A stretch of DNA of 64,000 bases from an archaeon (GCA_043801855.1 JAZDLQ010000070.1:599-64598), one strand, 5' to 3'; positions 46,501 to 55,952 are shown, counted from the stretch's first letter. Notes: generated from the sequence alone by a model not told the origin. Program-made: numbers and translations.

Positions 46501-47991
46501 CTAAATAAAGTGATAAGGTGATTTACCTGCTTTGATGTCATCCATTATCTTCCTTGCCTCAGAGAGAGTGTGAACTACACATATCTTGAGATCAATTCCT
46601 GCAACAGTTACAGTTGCTTCTTTTTTAGTCTCTAATCCCCTAACCTGTGTATATTCTATATTTTTTAGATCTTTGCCTTCAACCCAGTCAGCCGCAGTTC
46701 GCAGTGCTGCTTCCATGACGCCGCCGCTTCTTGCAAAAATTGCAGCGGCACCAGTTGATTCACCTAAAGGATTATCAAACATATCATCTTCAATCCGTGC
46801 AAAATCAATATTCATTTCCTTTATTAATTTTGCAAGTTCTACAGTTGTAAGGACAACATCAGTATCTCCCGTCATCTCAGATCTCTGGCATTCATATTTT
46901 TTTGCAGTGCATGGCATGACTGCAACCATTGTAATATCGTTTGGATCAATATTCTGCTTTGGCGCCCATACATGCTTTACAAGTGAAGAAAGCATTGACA
47001 TCGGACTCTTGCAGCTTGACAAGTGTGCAATTTGATCATAATAATATTGTTCCATGAATTTAATCCACCCAGGGCAGCAGGTTGTGATCATTGGCATTGA
47101 CCTATTCTCTTTTAGTCTGTGAATGAATTCATTTGCTTCTTCAACAATTGTGACATCTGCTGAAAAATCTGCGTCAAAAACATAATTGAAACCCATCATC
47201 CGAAGTGCCTTGACAATCTTTCCTGTGACTGGTGTTCCAGCTGGTAAGCCAAAGCATTCGCCAAGAGTTGCTCTTATTGATGGAGCAACCTGTGCAATCT
47301 TGATTTTTTTAGTATCATTCAAAACGTCTACTGCTGGCTGGATATCCGTATGCTCTGTTAAAGCGCCGGTAGGGCACACTACAACACACTGACCGCAGTT
47401 GATGCAACTTGACTCTTTCATGTTTGCGTGAAGTGGAGGTGCAATCCTTGTGTTAAATCCTCTTTTATGCAGACCGATTGCATGGACTGTCTGTACTTCT
47501 CCGCACATCTGAATGCATCTTTGGCATAGTACGCATTTATTATTGTCTCTTCTGATTGATATATTTGAATTGTCAGGTTCTTCAATTCTTCTCTCGCCGG
47601 AGTATTCATTTTCCTGTATCTGAAATTCAGCTGCATAAGTCTGCAGCTTGCAGTTTAGGTTTCTCTTGCATGTAGTGCAGTTAAGGTCGTGATTTGCTAA
47701 AAGAAGCTTTAGGTTTGTCCTTCTTGCATCTAAGACTTTTGGAGTATGTGTCAATACTTTCATACCATCCCTTACAGGAGTTACGCATGATGCGACTAAT
47801 CCGCCGCCTTTGGCTCCCTCAAGTTCAACAATGCAAAGCCTGCATGCACCGATTGCAGGTAGTCTTTCGTGATAGCATAAATGTGGTATTTTTATTTTGT
47901 TTCTTTTACATGCTTCAAGTAGGCTCTCTCCTGCTATTGCATCTATTACTTGATTGTTGACAATGATTTTTATTATTGGTTGTTCAGCCAT
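46501..47991 (-). CDS. hydA: [FeFe]-hydrogenase HydA, N-terminal 496 aa (ends at in-frame TAG)
   Basis: 2Fe-2S ferredoxin-like N-terminus and two CxxCxxCxxxCP clusters. H-cluster motifs L1 TTCCPGW and L2 MPCTAKKYE are present. It ends ...SPYHFI-TAG where clostridial HydA reads YHFIEVMAC. Confidence 0.9.
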   Translation of the reverse strand: MAEQPIIKIIVNNQVIDAIAGESLLEACKRNKIKIPHLCYHERLPAIGACRLCIVELEGAKGGGLVASCVTPVRDGMKVLTHTPKVLDARRTNLKLLLANHDLNCTTCKRNLNCKLQTYAAEFQIQENEYSGERRIEEPDNSNISIRRDNNKCVLCQRCIQMCGEVQTVHAIGLHKRGFNTRIAPPLHANMKESSCINCGQCVVVCPTGALTEHTDIQPAVDVLNDTKKIKIAQVAPSIRATLGECFGLPAGTPVTGKIVKALRMMGFNYVFDADFSADVTIVEEANEFIHRLKENRSMPMITTCCPGWIKFMEQYYYDQIAHLSSCKSPMSMLSSLVKHVWAPKQNIDPNDITMVAVMPCTAKKYECQRSEMTGDTDVVLTTVELAKLIKEMNIDFARIEDDMFDNPLGESTGAAAIFARSGGVMEAALRTAADWVEGKDLKNIEYTQVRGLETKKEATVTVAGIDLKICVVHTLSEARKIMDDIKAGKSPYHFI

Positions 47992-47992
47992 T

Positions 47993-49783
47993 TTAATTCC
48001 TCACTATAGCATCAAAAGCGCATACTTCATAGCATTTCCCGCATTTTACGCATTTTTTATGATCAATAACATATCTCTCTTTTAGTTTTCCTGTTATGGC
48101 ATTTACAGGGCAGTTTCTTGCACAGTTGCCGCACCCTTTGCATTTATCAGATATAAAATATTTTGTTAAGTTTTTGCATGATTTTGAAGGGCACTCTTTT
48201 CCAATAATATGTGCTTTATATTCCTCTTCAAAGTACAGTAGTGTTGATAAAACAGGATTAGCTGCAGTCTGTCCAAGTGCGCAAAGTGAATTGTCTTTCA
48301 CAAATGATGCAAGTTTTTTTAAAGTAGGAATTGTTGTCTCATCTGCAAGGCCATCTGTGACCTTTGTCAGGAGCTCAAGCATCCTTCTTGTACCTTCCCT
48401 GCAAGGAGTACATTTGCCGCAAGATTCTTCCTGAACAAATTGCATGAAGTACTTTGCTACATCAACCATGCAGTCCTTGTTACTCATTACAACCATTCCG
48501 CCTGAGCCCATGATTGCGCCAAGTGCATTTAGTGTTTCATAATCAACAGGTGTGTCTATTTTTTCTTTTGGAATGCAGCCTCCTGATGGTCCTCCTGACT
48601 GCACTGCTTTAAATTCGCTTCCGTCAGGGCATCCGCCGCCAATATCATAAATTATCTCTCTTAATGTAATTCCAAGAGGAACTTCCATTATGCCTGTTCT
48701 CTTAATATTTCCAGTAAGGCATATTGTGTGTGTTCCCTTAGTTCTCTCTGTTCCGACTTTTGCATAATTTTCAGCGCCAATTTTCATTATAGTTGAGACA
48801 TGGCAGAGTGTTCCTACATTATTTATTGCAGAAGGATATCCATACAATCCCTTGTCAGCAGGATACGGGGGCCTTGGCATTGGGTTTCCTCTGTCGCCTT
48901 CTGCTGATCTCATTAATGCAGTCTCCTCGCCACAAACAAATGCACCTGCGCCTGAGAAAACCTTGATATCAAAATTAAATCCGTCAACACCGAGAATATT
49001 TTCTCCGAGAAGACCGACTTTTCTTGCAATGTTTCTTGCTTCAGTTATAGTCTTTTTTGCAAGCGGTTTTTCTGCTCTAATATATATTAACCCGTTTTGA
49101 GCTCCTGTTGCGTATCCTGCAATGGTTAACCCTTCAATCAATCTAAATGGATCTGATTCCATTACTGTCCTGTTCATGAAAGCGCCGGGGTCTCCCTCGT
49201 CTGCATTGCATATGACATATTTTTTTCCGGGCTTGCTTGCAATAAAACTCCATTTCATACCTGTTGAAAAACCAGCGCCGCCTCTTCCTCTCAGGCCCGC
49301 TTTTTTCACATCTTCAACAACATCAAGCGGTTTTTTTGCCAAAGCATTTTTTAATCCGCAATATCCACCTCTTGCCATATACTGCTCCAGCTTTAGTGGT
49401 GATATTGTACCACAGTTTTCCATAAGCATCCTTTTTTGCTTTTTAAAAAAATCAATTTCTTCAAGAGTGTGTCCCATAAAAAGTTCTTTACATTCCTCGC
49501 CTTTTTTAATTGAGTCAATTAGAATTCCAACTTTATCGGTTGAGACATATCCGTAAATTGAGAAGATGCCTTTTTGCTTAACAGTTACAATTGGTTCAGC
49601 ATAGCACATGCCGGCGCATCCTACTCCTTCAACAAGCATTCCTAAACCTGCTTTTTGTAATTGTTCAAGGACAGGCACTGCTCCTGCAGCGACTCCGCAC
49701 GTTGCTATACCAACAGTGATTCTATCTCCTTCAAGCTCTTTACGCGCTTTATTAATATCAAATTTTTGTTCAAGTTCAAGCAT
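47993..49783 (-). CDS. hydB: HydB (NuoF-like NAD(P)H/FMN subunit of bifurcating hydrogenase)
   Basis: GLRGRGGAGFSTGMKW (FMN), NADEGDPGAFMNR, ESCGKCTPCREG, two C-terminal 4Fe-4S ferredoxin motifs. Confidence 0.9.
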   Translation of the reverse strand: MLELEQKFDINKARKELEGDRITVGIATCGVAAGAVPVLEQLQKAGLGMLVEGVGCAGMCYAEPIVTVKQKGIFSIYGYVSTDKVGILIDSIKKGEECKELFMGHTLEEIDFFKKQKRMLMENCGTISPLKLEQYMARGGYCGLKNALAKKPLDVVEDVKKAGLRGRGGAGFSTGMKWSFIASKPGKKYVICNADEGDPGAFMNRTVMESDPFRLIEGLTIAGYATGAQNGLIYIRAEKPLAKKTITEARNIARKVGLLGENILGVDGFNFDIKVFSGAGAFVCGEETALMRSAEGDRGNPMPRPPYPADKGLYGYPSAINNVGTLCHVSTIMKIGAENYAKVGTERTKGTHTICLTGNIKRTGIMEVPLGITLREIIYDIGGGCPDGSEFKAVQSGGPSGGCIPKEKIDTPVDYETLNALGAIMGSGGMVVMSNKDCMVDVAKYFMQFVQEESCGKCTPCREGTRRMLELLTKVTDGLADETTIPTLKKLASFVKDNSLCALGQTAANPVLSTLLYFEEEYKAHIIGKECPSKSCKNLTKYFISDKCKGCGNCARNCPVNAITGKLKERYVIDHKKCVKCGKCYEVCAFDAIVRN

Positions 49784-49784
49784 T

Positions 49785-50243
49785 TTAGTTCAGCCCTGCC
49801 AAGATTTTATCAATTTTTTGTTCAGTAAGGTCGCCATATACAACATCATTAATCATCATTGCAGGAGCTTTTGCACATGCACCAAGACAATTGACTCTTT
49901 GAAGTGAAAACATTGTATCGTTGGTAGTTTCTCCTGCCTTAATATTAATTTTTTTCTCAATATATTCCATCAGATTTTTAGAGCCTTTTACATGGCATGC
50001 GGTTCCTCTGCATACAGAAATCCTATATTTTCCTTCTGGGGATAGCTTGAAAAGGGCATAGAATGTTGCAACACCATAAAGTTTAGCAAGGGGTATATCA
50101 AGAGCCTTTGCAGCATCCTTTAAGTTCTCTTCAGAAAGATATCCGAATTCCTTTTGGATGTCTTGTAGTATTTCAACAGAATTTTTTGTGCTAATATGCT
50201 TTTTTACAATTTTTTCAAGCTTGTCGTCCATTCTAACCCTCAT
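49785..50243 (-). CDS. hydC: HydC (NuoE-like 2Fe-2S subunit)
   Basis: VCRGTACHVKGS ... CLGACAKAPAMMIN. Confidence 0.9.
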   Translation of the reverse strand: MRVRMDDKLEKIVKKHISTKNSVEILQDIQKEFGYLSEENLKDAAKALDIPLAKLYGVATFYALFKLSPEGKYRISVCRGTACHVKGSKNLMEYIEKKINIKAGETTNDTMFSLQRVNCLGACAKAPAMMINDVVYGDLTEQKIDKILAGLN

Positions 50244-50374
50244 GTTAACTATTAATTTTCAGAAGTATTCAACCATTAATAAAGCTTTTTGTCGTGTTAA
50301 GCATAGTTTGAGGGCAAACTTTTTAAGATTATGCCAAATCTTTTTATCTTAATTTATATAATTTTACTATTAAA

Positions 50375-51268
50375 ATGCATAATATAATTGAAGAGGAGAA
50401 GAATTATAGCTATACTGAGCTAATTTCACTGCTTTTGGAACTAAATGAGTCTGAATTTCTAAATGGCAAAGAGAATATTATTAATTATATTAAATTTAAT
50501 TCAGGTGAGCCAAATCTTGCAATAAGGCTTTCAAATATTAAGTATAAAGAAAATTTTCTTAAGCTTTTAAGAAAAAAAGAATTGTGTGAAATAAATAAAA
50601 ACGTCCAAGGTGAAAATAAAAATATTGTTACTGTTGGCTTAAACTTATATGCCTCGCATGTGAGACTAACACTTGACAAAGAAAAATGCATTCTTTGTGA
50701 TGTCTCACACACAATTTGTCCTAAAGAGGCAATTTCTGTAAAAGAGGACATAATTATAAATAATAAATGCATTTTTTGCGGTCTTTGCGTTCCGTTTTGC
50801 CCAACAGGTGCATTAAGTATTGCTAGAGATGATAAAAACACACCTGCTGTAATTGAAAACAAAAGCCTGCCTCTTCCATTTGATAGCGAATCTATTAATC
50901 ATATTGCAATTAAGCGCATTTTTGACGGTACAATTAGTGTTGACGCAGATAAATGCCCTGAAAAATGCGAGGAGTGCGTAGTTGCCTGTTCGACTGCCGC
51001 AATAAAGCTTGATAATAATAAAATAGTTGTAAATAGTAATGATTGTGTTTTGTGTGGCGCATGTAAAGTTGCTTGCCCAAAAAATGCGATAATAATAAAC
51101 AGAAACAGGCTTTTAGTTAAAGATAGCATTAGCTATTCAGCCTCTTTTAATGTTATTGTTGAAAAACTCTTGGGAAAAAACAAGCCAAATATAATGCATA
51201 ATGCAGAATCATTATACAAGATTACTACATTAATTAAAGACAGTGAGCTGAAAAAATATGCAGAATAG
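50375..51268 (+). CDS. Polyferredoxin-like 4Fe-4S protein
   Basis: Several CxxCxxCxxxCP-type motifs (CIFCGLCVPFCP, CVLCGACKVACP, plus variants). Overlaps the hdrA start. Confidence 0.7.
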   Translation: MHNIIEEEKNYSYTELISLLLELNESEFLNGKENIINYIKFNSGEPNLAIRLSNIKYKENFLKLLRKKELCEINKNVQGENKNIVTVGLNLYASHVRLTLDKEKCILCDVSHTICPKEAISVKEDIIINNKCIFCGLCVPFCPTGALSIARDDKNTPAVIENKSLPLPFDSESINHIAIKRIFDGTISVDADKCPEKCEECVVACSTAAIKLDNNKIVVNSNDCVLCGACKVACPKNAIIINRNRLLVKDSISYSASFNVIVEKLLGKNKPNIMHNAESLYKITTLIKDSELKKYAE

Positions 51269-53603
51269 TGATGAGCCAAGAATCGGTGTATTTGTCTGCA
51301 GCTGCGGCAAGAACATTGGCGGAGTAGTTGATGTAGCTAAAGTTACAGAATATGCTAAAACTCTTCCTAATGTATTTGTTTCCATGCTTAATATATATAC
51401 TTGTGCTGACCCAGGCCAAAACGAAATTAAAAGCGCAATAAAAGAACATAATTTAAACAGGGTTGTTGTAGCTGCGTGCTCTCCGAGAATGCATGAGCCG
51501 ACTTTTCGGAATTGTATTACTGAAGCAGGACTCAATCCATATTTGCTTGAAATGGCAAACATAAGAGAGCACTGCTCATGGGTCCATATTTGGGAAAAAG
51601 AAAAAGCAACAGAAAAGGCAAAAGAAATTGTTGCAATAGCTGTTGCAAAAGCAAGATACTTAAAGCCTCTTGAAAAATTTGTTGTCCCTGTAAAAAAATC
51701 ATGTATGGTAATTGGGGGCGGTGTTGCTGGTTGCCAGGCAGCCCTTGATCTTGCAAACCAAGGTTATAAAGTGTATTTGGTTGAAAAAGAGCCATCAATT
51801 GGCGGCAGAATGGCACAACTTGATAAGACATTTCCAACAATGGATTGTTCAATCTGTATTTTAGGTCCAAAACTTGTAGAAGTCGGGAGAAACAAAAACA
51901 TAACTTTATTGACAAATACAACTGTTGAAAAAGTCGATGGTTACATTGGAAATTTTAATGTAGAGACTATTACACTACCAAGGTACGTAATCGAAGATAG
52001 ATGCACTGGCTGCGGAGAATGTGCTGAGGCATGTCCTGTTATTATTCCAAGCAAATTTGAAGTTAACTTAAAGCCTCTAAAAGCAATACATGCACCTTTT
52101 CCTCAGGCAGTTCCTTTAAAATACAGGATAGATACTGATGCATGTATTAACTGTTACAAATGTGCAGAAGCATGTAAAGACAGAAAAGCAGTTGATTTTA
52201 CCCAAACAAAAGTAACAAGAAAATTTGATGTCGGAACAATAATTGTTGCAATAGGTGCTGAATCAATAAATCCAAAAATCAAACCAGAGTATGGTTATGG
52301 TAGATTTGAAAACGTAATTGATGGAATTGAGTTTGAAAGGATCATTTGTGCTGGCGGTCCGACTGGTGGAAATTTAGTTAGAAAAGATGGAAAGGACGCA
52401 AAATCATTTGGCTTTATCCAGTGTGTCGGTTCAAGGGATAAATCAATAGGCAAGGAATACTGTTCAAATGTGTGCTGTATGAACTCAATAAAAAACTCAA
52501 TGCTAATTAAAGAGCATAAGCCAGACGCTACTATTTACATATTTAATATGGATATTAGGGCCTTTGAGAAAGGTTTTGAAGAATTATATAATCGCGCAAG
52601 GGAAAACAGAGTAATTTTCATTAAAGGAAGACCTTCCCATATTTATGAAGGCAATGACAAGAACCCGGTTGTAGTAGTAGAAAATGTTCTTACGTCAGAA
52701 GTCATGGAAATAGAACTTGACATGGCAATTCTTGCGTCAGGCATGGTTCCTGACAGAACTGCTAAAGATATCGCAGAAAAGTTGCACATACCAAGAAACA
52801 ACGATGGCTTTTTTATGGAATCCCATCCAAAACTAAAACCGATTGATTCCCCAGGAGATGGAATATTTCTTTGCGGTTCTTGCGAATCACCTAAAGACAT
52901 TAAAAATAGCGTTACAAGTGCATCTGCTGCTGCATCAAGGGCAGCAATACCGATGTCAAAAGGAGCTGTTGAGATTGAAGGGATAACAATTCTTGTCGAT
53001 GAAAAAAAATGCATCGGCTGCGGCGCATGTGAACGTGCATGTCCTTATGGCGCAATGAAAATTGACAAATCCATAAAAAAAGTTATTCACAATGAAGCGC
53101 AGTGTCATGGCTGCGGCACATGCGTTGCAGAATGTAATTTCAATGCTTTGCAGCAAAAGCACTTTACTGATGAGCAGCTTTTAGCGCAAATTGATGTAGC
53201 GTTAAAAGACAACCCAAAAGAGAAGATTCTTTGTTTTGCATGTAATTGGTGCAGTTATGCAGGAAGCGATCTAGCAGGTGTTTCAAGATTTCAGTATCCT
53301 CCGGAAATAAGGATAATTAGGACAATGTGCTCAGGCAGAGTATCAGAAAAAATGATACTAAGAGCCTTTGAAAAAGGAGCGCAGATGGTTTGGGTTACAG
53401 GATGTCATTTGCCGACAGATTGCCATTATATATCCGGAAATCATTTTGCAAAGGCAAGAATTGAGCGATTGCAAAAAATACTCCCAAAAAAGTATAACAT
53501 TCCTTCAGATAGGTTAAAATTAAACTGGATTAGCGCTGCAGAAGGAAGCTTATTTGCAGGTTACGTAAAAAAGCTTGTTGAAGAGCTAAAGGAGATAAAA
53601 TGA
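51258..53603 (+). CDS. hdrA: Heterodisulfide reductase subunit A fused to an MvhD-like domain
   Basis: N-terminal Cys cluster VCSCGKNIG, FAD loop VIGGGVAGCQAALDLA, inserted ferredoxin motifs. The C-terminus ILCFACNWCSYAGSDLAG...IRTMCSGRV...WVTGCH is MvhD. Confidence 0.9.
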   Translation: MQNSDEPRIGVFVCSCGKNIGGVVDVAKVTEYAKTLPNVFVSMLNIYTCADPGQNEIKSAIKEHNLNRVVVAACSPRMHEPTFRNCITEAGLNPYLLEMANIREHCSWVHIWEKEKATEKAKEIVAIAVAKARYLKPLEKFVVPVKKSCMVIGGGVAGCQAALDLANQGYKVYLVEKEPSIGGRMAQLDKTFPTMDCSICILGPKLVEVGRNKNITLLTNTTVEKVDGYIGNFNVETITLPRYVIEDRCTGCGECAEACPVIIPSKFEVNLKPLKAIHAPFPQAVPLKYRIDTDACINCYKCAEACKDRKAVDFTQTKVTRKFDVGTIIVAIGAESINPKIKPEYGYGRFENVIDGIEFERIICAGGPTGGNLVRKDGKDAKSFGFIQCVGSRDKSIGKEYCSNVCCMNSIKNSMLIKEHKPDATIYIFNMDIRAFEKGFEELYNRARENRVIFIKGRPSHIYEGNDKNPVVVVENVLTSEVMEIELDMAILASGMVPDRTAKDIAEKLHIPRNNDGFFMESHPKLKPIDSPGDGIFLCGSCESPKDIKNSVTSASAAASRAAIPMSKGAVEIEGITILVDEKKCIGCGACERACPYGAMKIDKSIKKVIHNEAQCHGCGTCVAECNFNALQQKHFTDEQLLAQIDVALKDNPKEKILCFACNWCSYAGSDLAGVSRFQYPPEIRIIRTMCSGRVSEKMILRAFEKGAQMVWVTGCHLPTDCHYISGNHFAKARIERLQKILPKKYNIPSDRLKLNWISAAEGSLFAGYVKKLVEELKEIK

Positions 53604-54409
53604 AGCTTGGAATATCATATGTTATTGCAATTAAAAAAAGCGATTTTTTAATGGATAAAGAGCTAGGCATGTACTATTTATCTGGTCTTGAAAAATTAAT
53701 GATTATTAAAAAAAAATATGAACTGGATTGCGCAGAAATACTAATTGAGCCGCCGATTAACTCAAAATTTCTTAGTGATAATAAAGATACAATTAAAAAA
53801 ATTTTAGAGGATAATGTAATTACCTGTCACTTACCAATGTCTGAAGTTAATATGTCTGCAATGGATAAAAGCATCAGGGCATATTCTATTCAGGAGCTAA
53901 AAGACCTGATTGTTTTTTGTGAAAGTGTAAATATTAATACAGTTGTTCTTCATCCTGGGCAGTTTAATGATGTGCATGTTTTACTTAAGGATTATTTTTT
54001 TAAATATTTTAAAGAAACAGCGCTGGATTTGGTATCTTTTTCAAAGAAGCATAAAATAAAACTTTGTTTTGAAAACCTACCTAAAGGCAATAATTTTTTT
54101 ACAAAGATTGAAGATATGAAAATTCTTGCTGACCTTGGAGCCAATATTTGTTTTGATACAGGTCATGCAATTACAAATAATATTGACCCTTGCGAATTTA
54201 TTAAAAAAATTAAGATAAGCCACATCCATATGCAATCAAACAGGCTTGGTGATTTTGACAGGCATTTGCCGCTTGGCTCAGGAGATTTGGATTACAGGCA
54301 GGTGATACGCTTATTAAAAGAAATAAACTATGATAATTACATTATATTTGAGATGTTCAATGAAAAAGACCTGGTTCAGTCTCTGGAGGCGTTTAGAGAT
54401 GCCAATTGA
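53600..54409 (+). CDS. Xylose-isomerase-like TIM-barrel protein (sugar phosphate isomerase/epimerase or AP-endonuclease-2 fold)
   Basis: VVLHPG...CFENL...FDTGHA...HMQSN...IFEM is the pattern of metal ligands typical of this fold. ATGA-coupled to hdrA and overlapped by the hdrC start. Confidence 0.6.
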   Translation: MKLGISYVIAIKKSDFLMDKELGMYYLSGLEKLMIIKKKYELDCAEILIEPPINSKFLSDNKDTIKKILEDNVITCHLPMSEVNMSAMDKSIRAYSIQELKDLIVFCESVNINTVVLHPGQFNDVHVLLKDYFFKYFKETALDLVSFSKKHKIKLCFENLPKGNNFFTKIEDMKILADLGANICFDTGHAITNNIDPCEFIKKIKISHIHMQSNRLGDFDRHLPLGSGDLDYRQVIRLLKEINYDNYIIFEMFNEKDLVQSLEAFRDAN

Positions 54410-54824
54410 CTTTGAATTAAGAAATGAATTAATTAAAGAGATTCCGGATATTTTACGCTGTTTTCAGTGCGGAACATGCGTTAGCAGCTGCCCAAGCGAG
54501 AAATACGGCAAGAACTACACTCCAAGAAGAAAAATCCTATCAGCAACTTATGGCGATAAAGCTCTTTTAAGTGAAGAATTATTCAGGTGCTTGACATGCC
54601 ATTCATGCAACGAGAGATGCCCTCAGGAAGTCAATCCTTATGATGTACTGGTAAAACTGAAAAATTTTACGATAAAAAAAGGGTTTGCAAAGGAGAGCGA
54701 ATCAATTGAGCAGATATATTCAACAGGAAGCAGTATGCAATTTTCAGAAAGGGCAAAAGAGCAAAGGAAAGCACTTGGCCTTCTAGAACTTAAAAAAATT
54801 GAAGGTTTAAATGATTTAAAATGA
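54399..54824 (+). CDS. hdrC: Heterodisulfide reductase subunit C
   Basis: CFQCGTCVSSCP and CLTCHSCNERCP. ATG 54399 lies 8 nt after GGAGG. Confidence 0.8.
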   Translation: MPIDFELRNELIKEIPDILRCFQCGTCVSSCPSEKYGKNYTPRRKILSATYGDKALLSEELFRCLTCHSCNERCPQEVNPYDVLVKLKNFTIKKGFAKESESIEQIYSTGSSMQFSERAKEQRKALGLLELKKIEGLNDLK

Positions 54825-55681
54825 GATATGCTTTTTTCCCAGGATGTGTTGTTCCAAGCCAGATGCCATATTTAGAGAAATTATCAAGGGATGTTTTTGC
54901 AAAACTAGGGATTGAATTATCTGACCTTGATTTTTCTTGCTGCCCATATTCTGCAGTTAGAGACAAAAGTGAAACAGAATGGTTAACTCTTGCTGCAAGA
55001 AACCTTGCAATTGCGCAGGAAAATAAACTTGACATATTGACAATATGCAGCGGATGCGCCCAGACACTCAGTGAAGCAAACCACATACTTAAAAGCGATA
55101 AATCAAAATTAGTTATGGTCAATGAGAAGCTTAAAAAAATTGGCAAATCATATGATAGTTCAGTTAACATATATCATTTCATGCAATTGTTCGATAATGA
55201 AAAAAGTATTGTCTCAGAAAAAGTGATTAAAAAATTTACCGGATTAAAAGTTGCGACCCATACTGGCTGCCATATACTACGGCCTTCAAAAGTTATGGAA
55301 TATGATATTCCTGAAAATCCGACAAAATTTGATGAATTGGTTGAGCTTCTTGGAGCAACTCCAATATTTTATAGATCAAAAACATTATGCTGTGGCTATA
55401 CTCAGGTTACAAACCAAAAAGAGATGGCGACAGATATAATGAAGGAAAAGCTTGTTGAAGTCCACGATAAAGCAGATATGCTATGCGTTTGCTGCCCAAG
55501 CTGTTTGACCCAATACGATAAAAACCAGGTGCTTGCAAAAGCAAAATACAAACTTGACTATAAGGTTCCTGTAATTCACATCCTGCAATTGATAGGCCTG
55601 TCGATAGGGATGAATGAAGAAGAAGTTTTCCTAAAAGAAAACAGGTCATTGAATGAAGATATTAAGTTAAAATTAAAATGA
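54821..55681 (+). CDS. hdrB: Heterodisulfide reductase subunit B (two CCG domains)
   Basis: FFPGC...CCPY...CSGC and HTGC...CCGY...CCPSC. Confidence 0.85.
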   Translation: MRYAFFPGCVVPSQMPYLEKLSRDVFAKLGIELSDLDFSCCPYSAVRDKSETEWLTLAARNLAIAQENKLDILTICSGCAQTLSEANHILKSDKSKLVMVNEKLKKIGKSYDSSVNIYHFMQLFDNEKSIVSEKVIKKFTGLKVATHTGCHILRPSKVMEYDIPENPTKFDELVELLGATPIFYRSKTLCCGYTQVTNQKEMATDIMKEKLVEVHDKADMLCVCCPSCLTQYDKNQVLAKAKYKLDYKVPVIHILQLIGLSIGMNEEEVFLKENRSLNEDIKLKLK

Positions 55682-55950
55682 AAATAAACACTGTTTTTTT
55701 GGTGCCATTCGCTAAATTTGGAATAGGAGATAGTTTTGAAATTATGAATGACACAAAATTTATTGATTTGGTCATTTTAATCTCTAAAAAACACGGAAAT
55801 GAATTTGAAAAAATGCTCATTAGTGGTGTTAATAATGAGATACACATCAAAGATAATGTGATGATTTTGCATAAAGGAAAGACAGTTAAGTTAAGTGATA
55901 AATTAAGTGAAGGCGAATATGTCTTTTGTGCTGTTATTGCAGGGGGATAA
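55678..55950 (+). CDS. MoaD/ThiS-like beta-grasp protein ending in Gly-Gly
   Basis: 90 aa ending ...CAVIAGG-stop. ATGA-coupled to hdrB and directly upstream of aor. Confidence 0.55.
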   Translation: MKINTVFLVPFAKFGIGDSFEIMNDTKFIDLVILISKKHGNEFEKMLISGVNNEIHIKDNVMILHKGKTVKLSDKLSEGEYVFCAVIAGG

Positions 55951-55952
55951 AA

